A DNA stretch of 64,000 nucleotides from Candidatus Woesebacteria bacterium. Its GTDB lineage: Bacteria > Patescibacteriota > Microgenomatia > UBA8517. Each line of letters begins with the position of its first letter. Position 1 is the first letter of the stretch. Position numbers and translations under genes: made by a program. The stretch lies in contig CP055308.1 in assembly GCA_013374855.1 (NCBI GenBank), positions 102,800 through 166,799 of the forward strand. The letters run 5' to 3'. Positions 9,902 to 19,422 of this stretch are shown one piece after another. The notes under the pieces are model-generated. The model saw nothing but the letters and a program-made list of their open reading frames with translations. It did no database searches and was not told the origin of the DNA.

Positions 9902-10618
9902 TTATACCTCCAACAACCTTGCATACTTAAAAATCCTAATAGGAGAAGTTAAAGATTCGCAAGTATAAAGAATCAAATCAGCTGAATAATCATCAATCTC
10001 TTCACCTTTTCCTTCCGCATAAACTTCGTAAACATATTTCCTCTGCCGCCAAACAACCTCAACCGTGTCACCAACTTTAACTTTCGGCAGATTATAAAAA
10101 GAATTCTTCAAACGATACGGAACACTCCACTTAAGATAACCATAACGATGAGCTGCCAAAATAACAGGCAATTGGCGATCATAAGGAGTTCCAAAATCAG
10201 GCACTCGCCAAACACCAACTTTCAAAGCTTCCTCATAACTTTCAACCGGTTTCTCATTAATCTTAGTATTAATACCCACAGAAGGAATAATTATCATGTT
10301 CTCAAGCGGCAAAGAAGGATCAAACCTAGGTTGATATTTTTCCACAACAGGCATTGGGGGCAAAACAACAGATTCTGTCTTATGAGCTTTTCTGATAAGC
10401 AAAGACGGTAGTTTTGCACCAGAGCCAATAAAATATACAACTGAAGGAAAATACAATACCAAAAGAACCAAAAGGGAAGCTAGAATTGCAAAAACAGCAA
10501 GCAAGCGCAAAATTTTAGCCATGGAAAAACGAGCCTTGGCAGGAATTAAACTTACAACCTGAACAGGCTCTCCAACAAATTGGCTTTGATAATAGGTATT
10601 CAAATAAAGGTTTTCCAT
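9902..10618 (-). CDS. Sortase family transpeptidase
   Basis: N-terminal TM, a conserved His (VILAAHRYG), the catalytic Cys in LILYTCESL (TLxTC-like) and a downstream Arg. Order and spacing are as in sortases. Confidence 0.8.
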   Translation of the reverse strand: MENLYLNTYYQSQFVGEPVQVVSLIPAKARFSMAKILRLLAVFAILASLLVLLVLYFPSVVYFIGSGAKLPSLLIRKAHKTESVVLPPMPVVEKYQPRFDPSLPLENMIIIPSVGINTKINEKPVESYEEALKVGVWRVPDFGTPYDRQLPVILAAHRYGYLKWSVPYRLKNSFYNLPKVKVGDTVEVVWRQRKYVYEVYAEGKGEEIDDYSADLILYTCESLTSPIRIFKYARLLEV

Positions 10619-10777
10619 AAATAAAGCAAAAGGGCGCTTGTTTTGCCCTTAAGGAGCGGGTAGATCGCCTGCCCTACAATCCACCCGCCCCGCAAAGACA
10701 AACTCAAACGCCCTCTAATAAAACTATAAGACTTTTATATCTAAGGTCTAAAACAGCCGTATAACGGCAATTGGCTC

Positions 10778-11005
10778 TTGACAGACTTTTGTTTTGGTAA
10801 TAAATAATTTAAAGGGAAAAGTTTTAAGCCTGTCCTTCTCCGCTTCAGGCGGAGAAAGCCTAAAAAAGAGCATTCGGCGAAAAAGTTATCTTTTTCGCAA
10901 GCTTTGCTTAGTCGTGGTTATTTTATCCGATGTGTTCGGAACCCTACCAGCGATAAGCGAGGCTTGCCCATCCCGGGCCGGGTGCTCTTTTTTTGTTTCC
11001 AAAGT
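10778..11005 (+). ncRNA. Candidate small structured RNA, identity unknown. It has a putative sigma70-like promoter (TTGACA at 10778-10783) and ends at an intrinsic terminator (~10975-11005).
   Basis: GC-richer segment in an AT-rich intergenic region. Stems ccgcttcaggcggag and cggcgaaaaagttatctttttcgc. A cccg-ggc-cggg stem plus U-run lies ~300 bp before radA. The overlapping 75-aa ORF is low complexity. Confidence 0.3.
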
Positions 11006-11336
11006 ACCGCAATCATTCTAGCATCAAGAACCTTAAAAGTCAAACCCTATAATAAAAAATAAGTTAAAAATCACCACTCCTATAGTTTTTTTAATTAAAA
11101 AAATGCCATAAAATAGGCAAAATAAAAAATAATAAAAAATTGTGGATAAGTTGTTAACAAGATTGGTAGGTCAAAAAACAGATTTTAGAGCATTGAGTTA
11201 AGAATTATCAATCAAAAGCTGACAATTTCTAATTTTTAATTCTCGGCTACCCACTCTTTGATTCTATAATCTATATCCATAATCCTGACAATATTTTTTG
11301 CTTTTTAAGACACTTCTTTTTATACTTGAGAAAAAT

Positions 11337-12659
11337 ATGGCACAAGAAAAAACACAATATGTCTGCCAGCAATGTGGTTTCGCTCAACCCAAATGGTCCG
11401 GCAAATGTCCCAATTGCAACGCCTGGAATTCGATGGTTGAAACAATAACCCAAAGAGAGAATCAAAAAGATACAAGGAAAACAACGCCCGCTAATATACT
11501 CCCACTTGAGAAAATAAAACCTCAAGATTCAGAAAGAGTAAATACAGGAAGCATCGAGCTAAACCGCGTCCTTGGAGGTGGAATAGTCAAAGGACAAACA
11601 ATTCTTCTAGCAGGAGAGCCGGGTATTGGTAAATCAACACTTCTTCTACAACTTGCAAACAAAATCTCCACAGGTAGAAGTAAGGTAATATACGCCTCAG
11701 GTGAAGAATCAGCCTACCAAATTGCAGTCCGCGCCAAAAGACTTTCTGTCAAAAATCCAAATATTTCAATAGTTGAATCAACAGATATAGACAGCATTAT
11801 AGAATCGTTTGTCCAAAACCAAAAAAACCTTGCCCTTGTTATAGTTGATTCAATTCAAACTGTATCTACAAACGATCTTTCCGGACTTGCTGGATCAGTT
11901 GGCCAAGTAAGAGAATCTGCTTTTAGACTAGTCTCCTTTGCCAAAAAAAGCGGTGTTCCTGTTTTTATAATTGGCCATGTTACCAAAGAAGGAACAGTTG
12001 CCGGCCCTGCTGTTCTTGCGCATATTGTTGATACAATTTTATGGTTTGAAGGCGAAAAGACGATGCAATTAAGGCTAATTAGAGCTGTAAAAAACCGCTT
12101 CGGTCCAACAGACGAAGTGGGAATTTTTGAGATGACAGAAAAAGGCCTAACCTCGCTTACTAATGCGGACCGCATTTTCCTCTCAGAAGGAGCAAAAAAT
12201 GTATCAGGAAGTGCCGTTTCTTCCACACTACAGGGAACAAGGCCTGTTTTGGTTGAAATTCAAAGCTTGACAACCCCTACAAAATCGGCTTTCCCTAAAA
12301 GAATTGCACAAGGAATTGATTCAAAAAGACTGGAGCTCATTATTGCCATTCTTATCAAAAGATGTAACATCCCACTTTATGATCAGGACATTTTTGTCAA
12401 CGTAACAGGAGGAATAAAAATAGAAGAGAATGCCTGTGATTTGGCAGTTGCCCTTTCTATTGCCTCCTCTTACTACAACAAGTCACTTCCTCAAAAATCA
12501 ATTGCTGTTGGAGAGCTCGGTTTGCTTGGGGAAATAAGAGAGGTTATTGGACTTGAAAAACGCCTAAAAGAGGCAAAAAGATTAGGTTTTGAAAATCAAA
12601 TATGTTCAAAAGAATTTTCTTCCTTACAAGAGGTAATAAAGAAAACATTGAGAACATAA
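11337..12659 (+). CDS. radA: DNA repair protein RadA/Sms
   Basis: N-terminal zinc finger CQQCGFAQPKWSGKCPNC, Walker A GEPGIGKSTLLLQ, the KNRFG motif (AVKNRFGPTDE) and a Lon-like C-terminal domain. The start was moved to the ATG at 11337 (MAQEK). Confidence 0.9.
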   Translation: MAQEKTQYVCQQCGFAQPKWSGKCPNCNAWNSMVETITQRENQKDTRKTTPANILPLEKIKPQDSERVNTGSIELNRVLGGGIVKGQTILLAGEPGIGKSTLLLQLANKISTGRSKVIYASGEESAYQIAVRAKRLSVKNPNISIVESTDIDSIIESFVQNQKNLALVIVDSIQTVSTNDLSGLAGSVGQVRESAFRLVSFAKKSGVPVFIIGHVTKEGTVAGPAVLAHIVDTILWFEGEKTMQLRLIRAVKNRFGPTDEVGIFEMTEKGLTSLTNADRIFLSEGAKNVSGSAVSSTLQGTRPVLVEIQSLTTPTKSAFPKRIAQGIDSKRLELIIAILIKRCNIPLYDQDIFVNVTGGIKIEENACDLAVALSIASSYYNKSLPQKSIAVGELGLLGEIREVIGLEKRLKEAKRLGFENQICSKEFSSLQEVIKKTLRT

Positions 12660-12768
12660 AAGAGTATCTAGAATTTGCCTAACAACCTAAAATTAAAATA
12701 ACTAATTACCGAACTATGATCCCCCTCTCTACTCTCTTCCTTCTTCAAGAACTAGTATCCAACAAAAA

Positions 12769-13077
12769 TTAGCTTGAAGTCCTCCTCACTAAAGAAAGTA
12801 TTCTTGGACACAAGTCTGTAACGAACAATACCCCATTTCCAAGCTTAACATTTCTGGGAACAATAAAGATACCATCGTACCCAAGATTTTTCTGCAAAAA
12901 CAAAGAAAATAAAGACAAAGCGGAAGTTAATTCTTTAACATCAAAAGGAAGGTTCCTCCTAAATTTAGGAGGAATTTCTTCCAAATTATGTCCTTCTACA
13001 AAATCAGACACAGTAGCCGGAGTGCCACAGCAAGAACAAACCAATAATTTTGAAACAGGAACAATTCTCACAGGCAA
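12769..13077 (-). CDS. Hypothetical protein; the start is uncertain
   Basis: The frame is open up to ~13230 with no in-frame ATG. The track start at 13077 is a TTG. A CxxC-like motif (LVCSCCG) is present. No family was recognised. Confidence 0.35.
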   Translation of the reverse strand: MPVRIVPVSKLLVCSCCGTPATVSDFVEGHNLEEIPPKFRRNLPFDVKELTSALSLFSLFLQKNLGYDGIFIVPRNVKLGNGVLFVTDLCPRILSLVRRTSS

Positions 13078-13381
13078 ATTTATTTCTTTTGCAGATAATT
13101 TAATCTGCCAATCCTCCTCTTTTGCTAAAAAAGAAGCTTCATTTGTAATATCAGCATAACAATGAGCAACTCGTACTTTTTCTTCCAGTGGTAAATTCCT
13201 CCACCTACCGTTCTTATAAACCTTAACTACATTTTTTTATCCAATTCGTAAACAAACGAATCATTTCCTGCTGCAAACCATCTGTCTGATATATCCCCAC
13301 AACAGAAGGCAAAAGAATCTGTAATTTCAGTTTCTGCAACCCTATTTGAGAAAAGCCTTTCCACTCTCCAAAAGGCAGAGT

Positions 13382-14485
13382 TTACTTGTACCCAACTGGC
13401 TTTGAGGTCAAAACAAGCCCCAAACTTATCCTCTTTTCCGGAATATTAATCTCATCAATATAAACATTTACCCTATCTCCCACCTTAAGATTTGTAGCAG
13501 GCGGAATTTTGGTAATATGCAAAAGGCCTTCAATCCCAGGCTCCAAAACAATAAAGGCACCAAAATCAGAAATTTTTACTATTTCTCCTTCTAGTTTCAT
13601 CTCAGGAACATATTTCTTGGCTGCTTCTTCCCAAGGATCTTTCTGCGCCTGTTTTATTGAGAGAGCAAATTTATCCTCTTTAACCTCAATCACTTTTACC
13701 TTAACCTTATCCCCCTCCTTTACAACATCCTCAATTTTTTTGAATTTCTCCCAAGAAATCTCAGAAACCCTAACAAGACCCTCAACTTCAATCTCTTTTT
13801 TGCCTACAGAAACAGGAATTCTGACAAAGACGCCAAAATCATATATCCCAGAAACCACCCCATTATAAATTTCCCCTTCATTTAGATTTTTAATTGCCTT
13901 TTTCTTGGCTTCCATTTCTTCCTTCTCATAAATTGCTCTCTCAGACAATATAATTCTATTTGTGTCCTTATCTATATCTATAATTTTCAGAATAAGCTTT
14001 TTCCCAGAAAGTGAATTGATATTTGAGTCATTTTTCTCTGTAAGATGAGATTTGGGAACAAATCCAGTCAACCCAAAAACCAAAACCAAAACACCTGAAG
14101 AAGAAACACTTTTAACCAAGGCTGTTATTTCCTCTTGATTCTCAAAGGCTTTTTCTATCTTTTTCCAAATAAAATCTTTAGCAGTATCACGAAGAGAAAT
14201 AATAGTATAACCATCAGGGGTTTCAGGAATTAGAACTTTTCCTTCAACCTCATCTCCCACTTCAAGGTGTCTGACAAAATCTTTTGCTTCAATAAAGGCT
14301 TTTTCAGCAACAAGACCCAAAGACTTGCCACCTATATCAAGAACAAGAGAATTGGAGTTTTTCTCTACTACTTTACCTTTAACAACCTGCCCTTTTTTTA
14401 AAGGCTGCAACCTGCCTCCCAAAGAGGCAAGAACATCCTCCATTGTTAGATTTTTTTTTGCTTCCTTTTTACTTTTTTCTGTCAA
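13382..14485 (-). CDS. rpsA: 30S ribosomal protein S1 (multiple S1 domains)
   Basis: Repeated S1 OB-fold segments (GQVVKGKVV...; GEIYNGVVSGIYDFGVFV; GEIVKISDFGAFI). Confidence 0.8.
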   Translation of the reverse strand: MTEKSKKEAKKNLTMEDVLASLGGRLQPLKKGQVVKGKVVEKNSNSLVLDIGGKSLGLVAEKAFIEAKDFVRHLEVGDEVEGKVLIPETPDGYTIISLRDTAKDFIWKKIEKAFENQEEITALVKSVSSSGVLVLVFGLTGFVPKSHLTEKNDSNINSLSGKKLILKIIDIDKDTNRIILSERAIYEKEEMEAKKKAIKNLNEGEIYNGVVSGIYDFGVFVRIPVSVGKKEIEVEGLVRVSEISWEKFKKIEDVVKEGDKVKVKVIEVKEDKFALSIKQAQKDPWEEAAKKYVPEMKLEGEIVKISDFGAFIVLEPGIEGLLHITKIPPATNLKVGDRVNVYIDEINIPEKRISLGLVLTSKPVGYK

Positions 14486-14521
14486 TTTAAAAACCTCCTT
14501 TTTCCTATTTTGATCTTAAGT

Positions 14522-14648
14522 CTTTCGGCCTTGGCCTATTTTCGCGGTCTGTTGCCAGACAACTATCGTCGGCGCTTAGGCGTTTCACTTCTGAATTCGA
14601 AATGGGATCAGGTGGTTCCGCCTAGCTCTTAAAGACCGAAAGACTTAA
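14522..14648 (-). rRNA. rrf: 5S ribosomal RNA
   Basis: The reverse complement contains CCACCTGATCCCATTTCGAATTCAGAAGTGAAACGCCTAAGCGCCGA, which is the 5S loop B/C consensus. The terminal helix tctttcgg/ccgaaaga closes it. Confidence 0.8.
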
Positions 14649-14813
14649 AACCAAAATTTGCCAAACGGCAAAGCGAAAGAGAAAAAAGGGAAAACCATTT
14701 TAAGGTCTTCGACCAATTCGCACTGGGTAAGCTTAACTCCTTACGGAGCTTCCACCTCCAGCCGAATAACCTCGTATTCTGCGAGGGGTCTTGTGACGAA
14801 TCCTAATCTTGGG

Positions 14814-14849
<36 letters not shown>

Positions 14850-14988
14850 ACAAGGAATGTGGCTACCCGGCATTGCGGCTGACGCCACAACCGGCACACC
14901 AGGGATTCCTCCCTCCTGGTCCTCTCGTACTGAGGAGAGCTCCCCTCAAGATTCAACGCTCCCACCGGATAGAGTCCGAACTGTCTCG

Positions 14989-15023
<35 letters not shown>

Positions 15024-15036
15024 GGGCGAACAGACC

Positions 15037-15067
<31 letters not shown>

Positions 15068-15485
15068 CGGTGAGCCGACATCGAGGTAGCGAACCGCACC
15101 GTCGATATGGACTCTCGGGTGCGACTACTCTGTTATCCCCGGGGTAGCTTTTATCCGTTAAGCTCCGTGCCACCCACATAGCAATCGGAGGATCACTAAG
15201 GCCTGCTTTCGCACCTGCTCGGCCCGTCGGCCTCGCAGTCAAGCCAGCTTATGCCTTTACACTTAAAGCGCGGTTTCCATTCGCGCCAAGCTGACCTTTG
15301 CGCCCCTGCGTTACACTTTAGCAGGGTACCGCCCCAGTAAAACTGCCCATCTAGCACTTTCCCCCAACCTGTTTGCAAGGCTGTCAGGTAAGACTTGAAA
15401 TGTTCCAAAGAGAGGTATTACACTGGTGCCTTAAAGGCTCCCTCCTATTCTCGACAGTTGAAACACCCAAATCAATGCCAAACTG

Positions 15486-15516
<31 letters not shown>

Positions 15517-15584
15517 GTGGGAGTAGGCCGCGTCTTCACAGCCATCGCAATTTCGCCGAGTGAAGGCTTAAGACAGTTGTCAGC

Positions 15585-15625
<41 letters not shown>

Positions 15626-15648
15626 GGCTTCGCTACCGTAGAACAGTT

Positions 15649-16150
15649 CATTTTGTTATCCTGATAAACAGGCCTGTGATTTTACACAGTCTCTACATTT
15701 CTGTAGAGATCGGACTATATTATCTACCTCAAACCTTACAGATTAAGAGGTAGCTTGGCGTATAGTCTCTGAGGATTCCAGAACATCTTGAATCGAATAC
15801 TTTCTTTTGCGTCCCCTATCTTTATTAATTTCCTCTCTAATTTTTAATAATTCGGATAATCCATCTTTTGTAAGATGTTTCTTCTTATACATAATTTTTA
15901 CCGCCCTTTTAAAGAGAGAAAAATTATGTTTTTTGTTACTTGAAAGAAAATTGTATTTTGTAAAAAAAAGGAACAATTTTTTCCTGAAGAGCAGTTGGAT
16001 TTGTAAAATCAGATGTTCTGGTCTTTCCTGCTGATTGTCTCTATTCATCTGATTTTCACTGCCAACGAACATTTAAATCGTACCAGCAGTACAGATGACC
16101 TGCCAAGACTTCTCAGCATACAGCCAAGTTTTACAACTACAATTCTACTT
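15649..16150 (-). other. Group I intron in the 23S rRNA gene at the E. coli U1917 (helix 69) site
   Basis: Exon 1 ends ...GTAACTAT (U) and exon 2 resumes AACTGTTCTACGGTAGCG. The ~502-nt intervening sequence ends in G, is AT-rich, carries an ORF in rRNA sense and has no E. coli counterpart. Confidence 0.7.
15743..16072 (-). CDS. Intron-encoded ORF (109 aa), probably a degenerate or truncated homing-endonuclease-like remnant
   Basis: Basic C-terminus (KHLTKDGLSELLKIREEINKDRGRKRKY) resembling C-terminal regions of LAGLIDADG-type endonucleases. No intact LAGLIDADG motif was found. Confidence 0.35.
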   Translation of the reverse strand: MFVGSENQMNRDNQQERPEHLILQIQLLFRKKLFLFFTKYNFLSSNKKHNFSLFKRAVKIMYKKKHLTKDGLSELLKIREEINKDRGRKRKYSIQDVLESSETIRQATS

Positions 16151-17065
16151 ATAGTTACTGCTGCCGTTTACCGGAGCTTGAGTTCGCAGCGCGTAGCACC
16201 AAATCCCCAACTTACAGCTTGCAACTAACAATCCTTATTGATTGCAAGTTAAGCATTACTTTTGTTGGAAACTTAGTGCTACGCACCGCTCCCCTTAACT
16301 TACCGGCACTGGGCAGGCGTCAGCCCGTATACTTCGGCTTTTCGCCTTTGCACGGACCTGTGTTTTTGATAAACAGTCGGCTGACAGACTTTAGCTTCGC
16401 CCGCCAACAACTTTGCAGCTATTGACGGGAGGACATCTTGCGAACTTACGTCCAGCTTTTTTGCCGAGTTCCTTAAGCCTCCTTCTCTCGCCCGCCTTAG
16501 AGTACTCCTCCAACCCACCTGTGTTGGTTTGCGGTACGGCTTGACTTGAAACTCACTGCGAGCCTTTTTTAAGAAACAGAATGCGCTGAAATCGCCAACA
16601 TCTCTGCTGACTTTGCATCACTGCTTGAATAAACAAACAGACGGATTTTCCAATCTGTTCTTCCTCACAGCTTGCACCCGCTAAATTCACAAGCAGGCTC
16701 CAGACATCCCGTTCCGTCAGCCCCCAGTTGATAGCGTCTCAAGACAAGTACTGGAATTTTAACCAGTTATCCATCGACTACTCTCCACACAAAGTGGAGA
16801 CTTGCCTTAGGCACCGACTAACCCGTCCCCGACGAACGTTGGGACGGAAACCTTGGGTGTTCGGCGGCCCTGATTCTCACAGGGCTTGCTCGCTACTCAT
16901 GCCGGCATTCTCACTTCCAAACGCTCCACCCTGCCTTGCGGCAGAACTTCACCGCATTTGGAACGCTCCCCTACCGCGCTTGTCCAATGAACAAGCACCT
17001 CTGGCTTCGGTGTTCGGCTTATCCTCGATGAATCTTAGGCGCTTTTCCCTTCAACTAGTGAGCTG

Positions 17066-17108
<43 letters not shown>

Positions 17109-17730
17109 AGCTGTCTGAAGAGAAAAACTTCCTTTAAAACTTAGCCGCAACAGAAAAGAAAAACTTTTCTGCCGTTGACAAAAAGTCAAAAACTTAGAGA
17201 CCTTAGCCGAGAGTCTGGGTTGTTTCCCTTTAGTCACATCGGCTTAGCCCGATGTGGCTGTCTACCCACCCGTTATCAGCAGGTATTCGGAGTTTGGTTG
17301 GATTATCTCGGTTGCCCTCGATAACCCATCCAGTATCTCTACCCCCCACTAATTTATGATGGGCACGGTCCCTATAGACCTTTCGGGGAGAACCAGCTAT
17401 CTCCAGATTCGGTTGGCATATTACCCCTATCCACAAGTCATCCCATGGTATTGCAACACCAACGGGTTCGGACCTCCCCCACCAATTACGATGGGTTCAT
17501 CCTGCTCATGGATAGATCATCTGGTTTCGGGTCTGCTACTTGGTACTTGAACGCGCTATTCGCACTCGGTTTCCCTACGCCTTCCCCGCTCAAGGCAGGT
17601 TAAGCTTGCACCAAATAGCAACTCGCCGGCTCATTCTTCAATAGGCACGCTATCACTTGTCAATTAGACAAGCTCTAGCGGTTTGTCCGCAAATGGTTTC
17701 AGTTTCTATTTCACTGGGCGTCCCGCCCTT

Positions 17731-17769
<39 letters not shown>

Positions 17770-18413
17770 TACAGGTTGTATTTAGCCTTGGAGGATGGTT
17801 CCCCCAGCTTCCCACAGTGTATTTGCACCGTGGTACTCAGGAAATCCCAAGGAAATTTATTGCCTTTCGCATACAAGACTTTCACTTTCTATGGTCAGAC
17901 ATTCCAGACTGTTCTGCTAGACAATAAACTCCCCTTATTGGGCTCCTACAACCCCCCAAAAGCTCCCGAAGGAACCTTCGAGGTTTGGGCTTTTCCGCTT
18001 TCGCTCTCCGCTACTGACGGAATCACTATTGTTTTCTCTTCCTCGCCTTACTTAGATGTTTCAGTTCAGACGGTTCCCTCTACACACCTTAATAGGCGCT
18101 CCTAAGAGCGTCACTTGGGGTGTGAGTATACTGCGATAAAGCAGTATGGGTTTCCCCATTCGGACACCGACGGATCACAGCCTTTTGGCGGCTCCCCGAC
18201 GACTTTCGCGGCCTTACGCGTCCTTCTTCGGCAACCTGTACCTAGGCATCCACCATTTGCGTGAGTAGACCTTAAAATATTCGGCCTTCCCATTTTCTCT
18301 TTCGCTTTACCGTTTAATAAAGCGAAAAAAAGACCTCTTTCGTTGTCAATGTGCTGTGGACCATGGGAGAATAGAACTCCCAAACTTTTGGACTTGTCAC
18401 GCTCTTTTCTTAG

Positions 18414-18487
18414 TGGACCTGAGCGGAGTCGAACCGCTGACCTCATCATTGCAAATGATGCGCTCTAACCAACTGAGCTACAGGCCC
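18414..18487 (-). tRNA. tRNA-Ala (anticodon UGC)
   Basis: Cloverleaf GGGCCTGTAGCTCAGTTGG...TTTGCAA...GGTTCGACTCC with a G3:U70 pair. It lies immediately upstream (rRNA sense) of the 23S 5' end. Confidence 0.85.
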
Positions 18488-18786
18488 ATACTAAGACAGG
18501 CGCATGCAAGGAAAAGTTTAGCTATCCAAGCTAACGGACCATGTGTTTAAAGTGCAACAAAAAACCGGCCTTTTGAGCCGGTTGCCTAATAAAACAAATA
18601 ATATTCAAAATCACACGCCACAAAAAGGACGTAAATTTTTTGTAATATATTTAATTGCTTTCATTAAAAAACGCAAACCTGCTCAAAAAGGCAAGTGTCA
18701 TTATAATATAGAAAAGCAAATTTAGTCAAGAGCAAAAAAGTTTGCTTAAAAAATTTTTTTATCATAAAATAAGAATGCCGTTAAAA

Positions 18787-18859
18787 GGGCACGTAGTTCA
18801 CCGGCAGAACGCTTACCTGATAAGTAAGAAGTAGATGGTTCGACTCCATCCGTGCCCAC
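18787..18859 (+). tRNA. tRNA-Ile (anticodon GAU)
   Basis: GGGCACGTAGTTCACCGGCAGAACGCTTACCTGATAAGTAAG...GGTTCGACTCCATCCGTGCCCA. It is on the opposite strand to the rRNA genes. Confidence 0.75.
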
Positions 18860-19422
18860 AATTCTGGAGAAAAAAGATTATTGGGATGACAATATTTCTT
18901 AAACTAGAGTAAAATATTTTCTAAATTCATTCCGATTATAAAATTTAAAAAAATAAATGAATAAAAATCTTTTCAAAATGTTTTTTATTTCTCTTGTTAC
19001 GCTGTTTTTAATTTTTATAATCTCATTGCTTTACGGAATTTTTGTTATACCTAAAATAAACAAGAATGTTATATGCATTCAATCATTATCGCAGTCTTGC
19101 TTCCTTGGAAGTCCCATCTGTTTTAATTTTCCCAATCCCTGTTTCACACCACCCCTTTGGTTTCCTGCAAAGAAAATAAAATGAGAAATTATTAAGGTAA
19201 GATTTTGAGTAGGTGAAAACACCAGTAAACCAACCCGACGGTCACAACCCCATCTGTCAATTAGTCCGAATAAGCTACGAAAGAGATTAAAAATTGAAGA
19301 AAATGCTAACGCACCAAGAATTAAGTGAAAACACAAACACCCTTTTACTTGTTGAAAAGAAAGAAAAAAGATATAATTAAGCTGTCAGTCTGCTTAGTTC
19401 TGTTTTCCAACCTAAAGTTAAA

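Noticed and set aside
10794-11021. 75-aa ORF overlapping the candidate sRNA
   Set aside because: Low-complexity translation (SLSFSASGGESLKKSIRRKSY...). The segment has RNA-like stems and a terminator, so an ncRNA is more likely than a protein.
18957-19336. ORFs 18957..19184 (plus strand) and 19079..19336 (minus strand) in the 560-bp gap before the pseudogene
   Set aside because: They overlap each other, are very AT-rich with a poly-Phe/Ile composition and lack start context. Probably non-coding promoter region, though a tiny membrane protein cannot be excluded.
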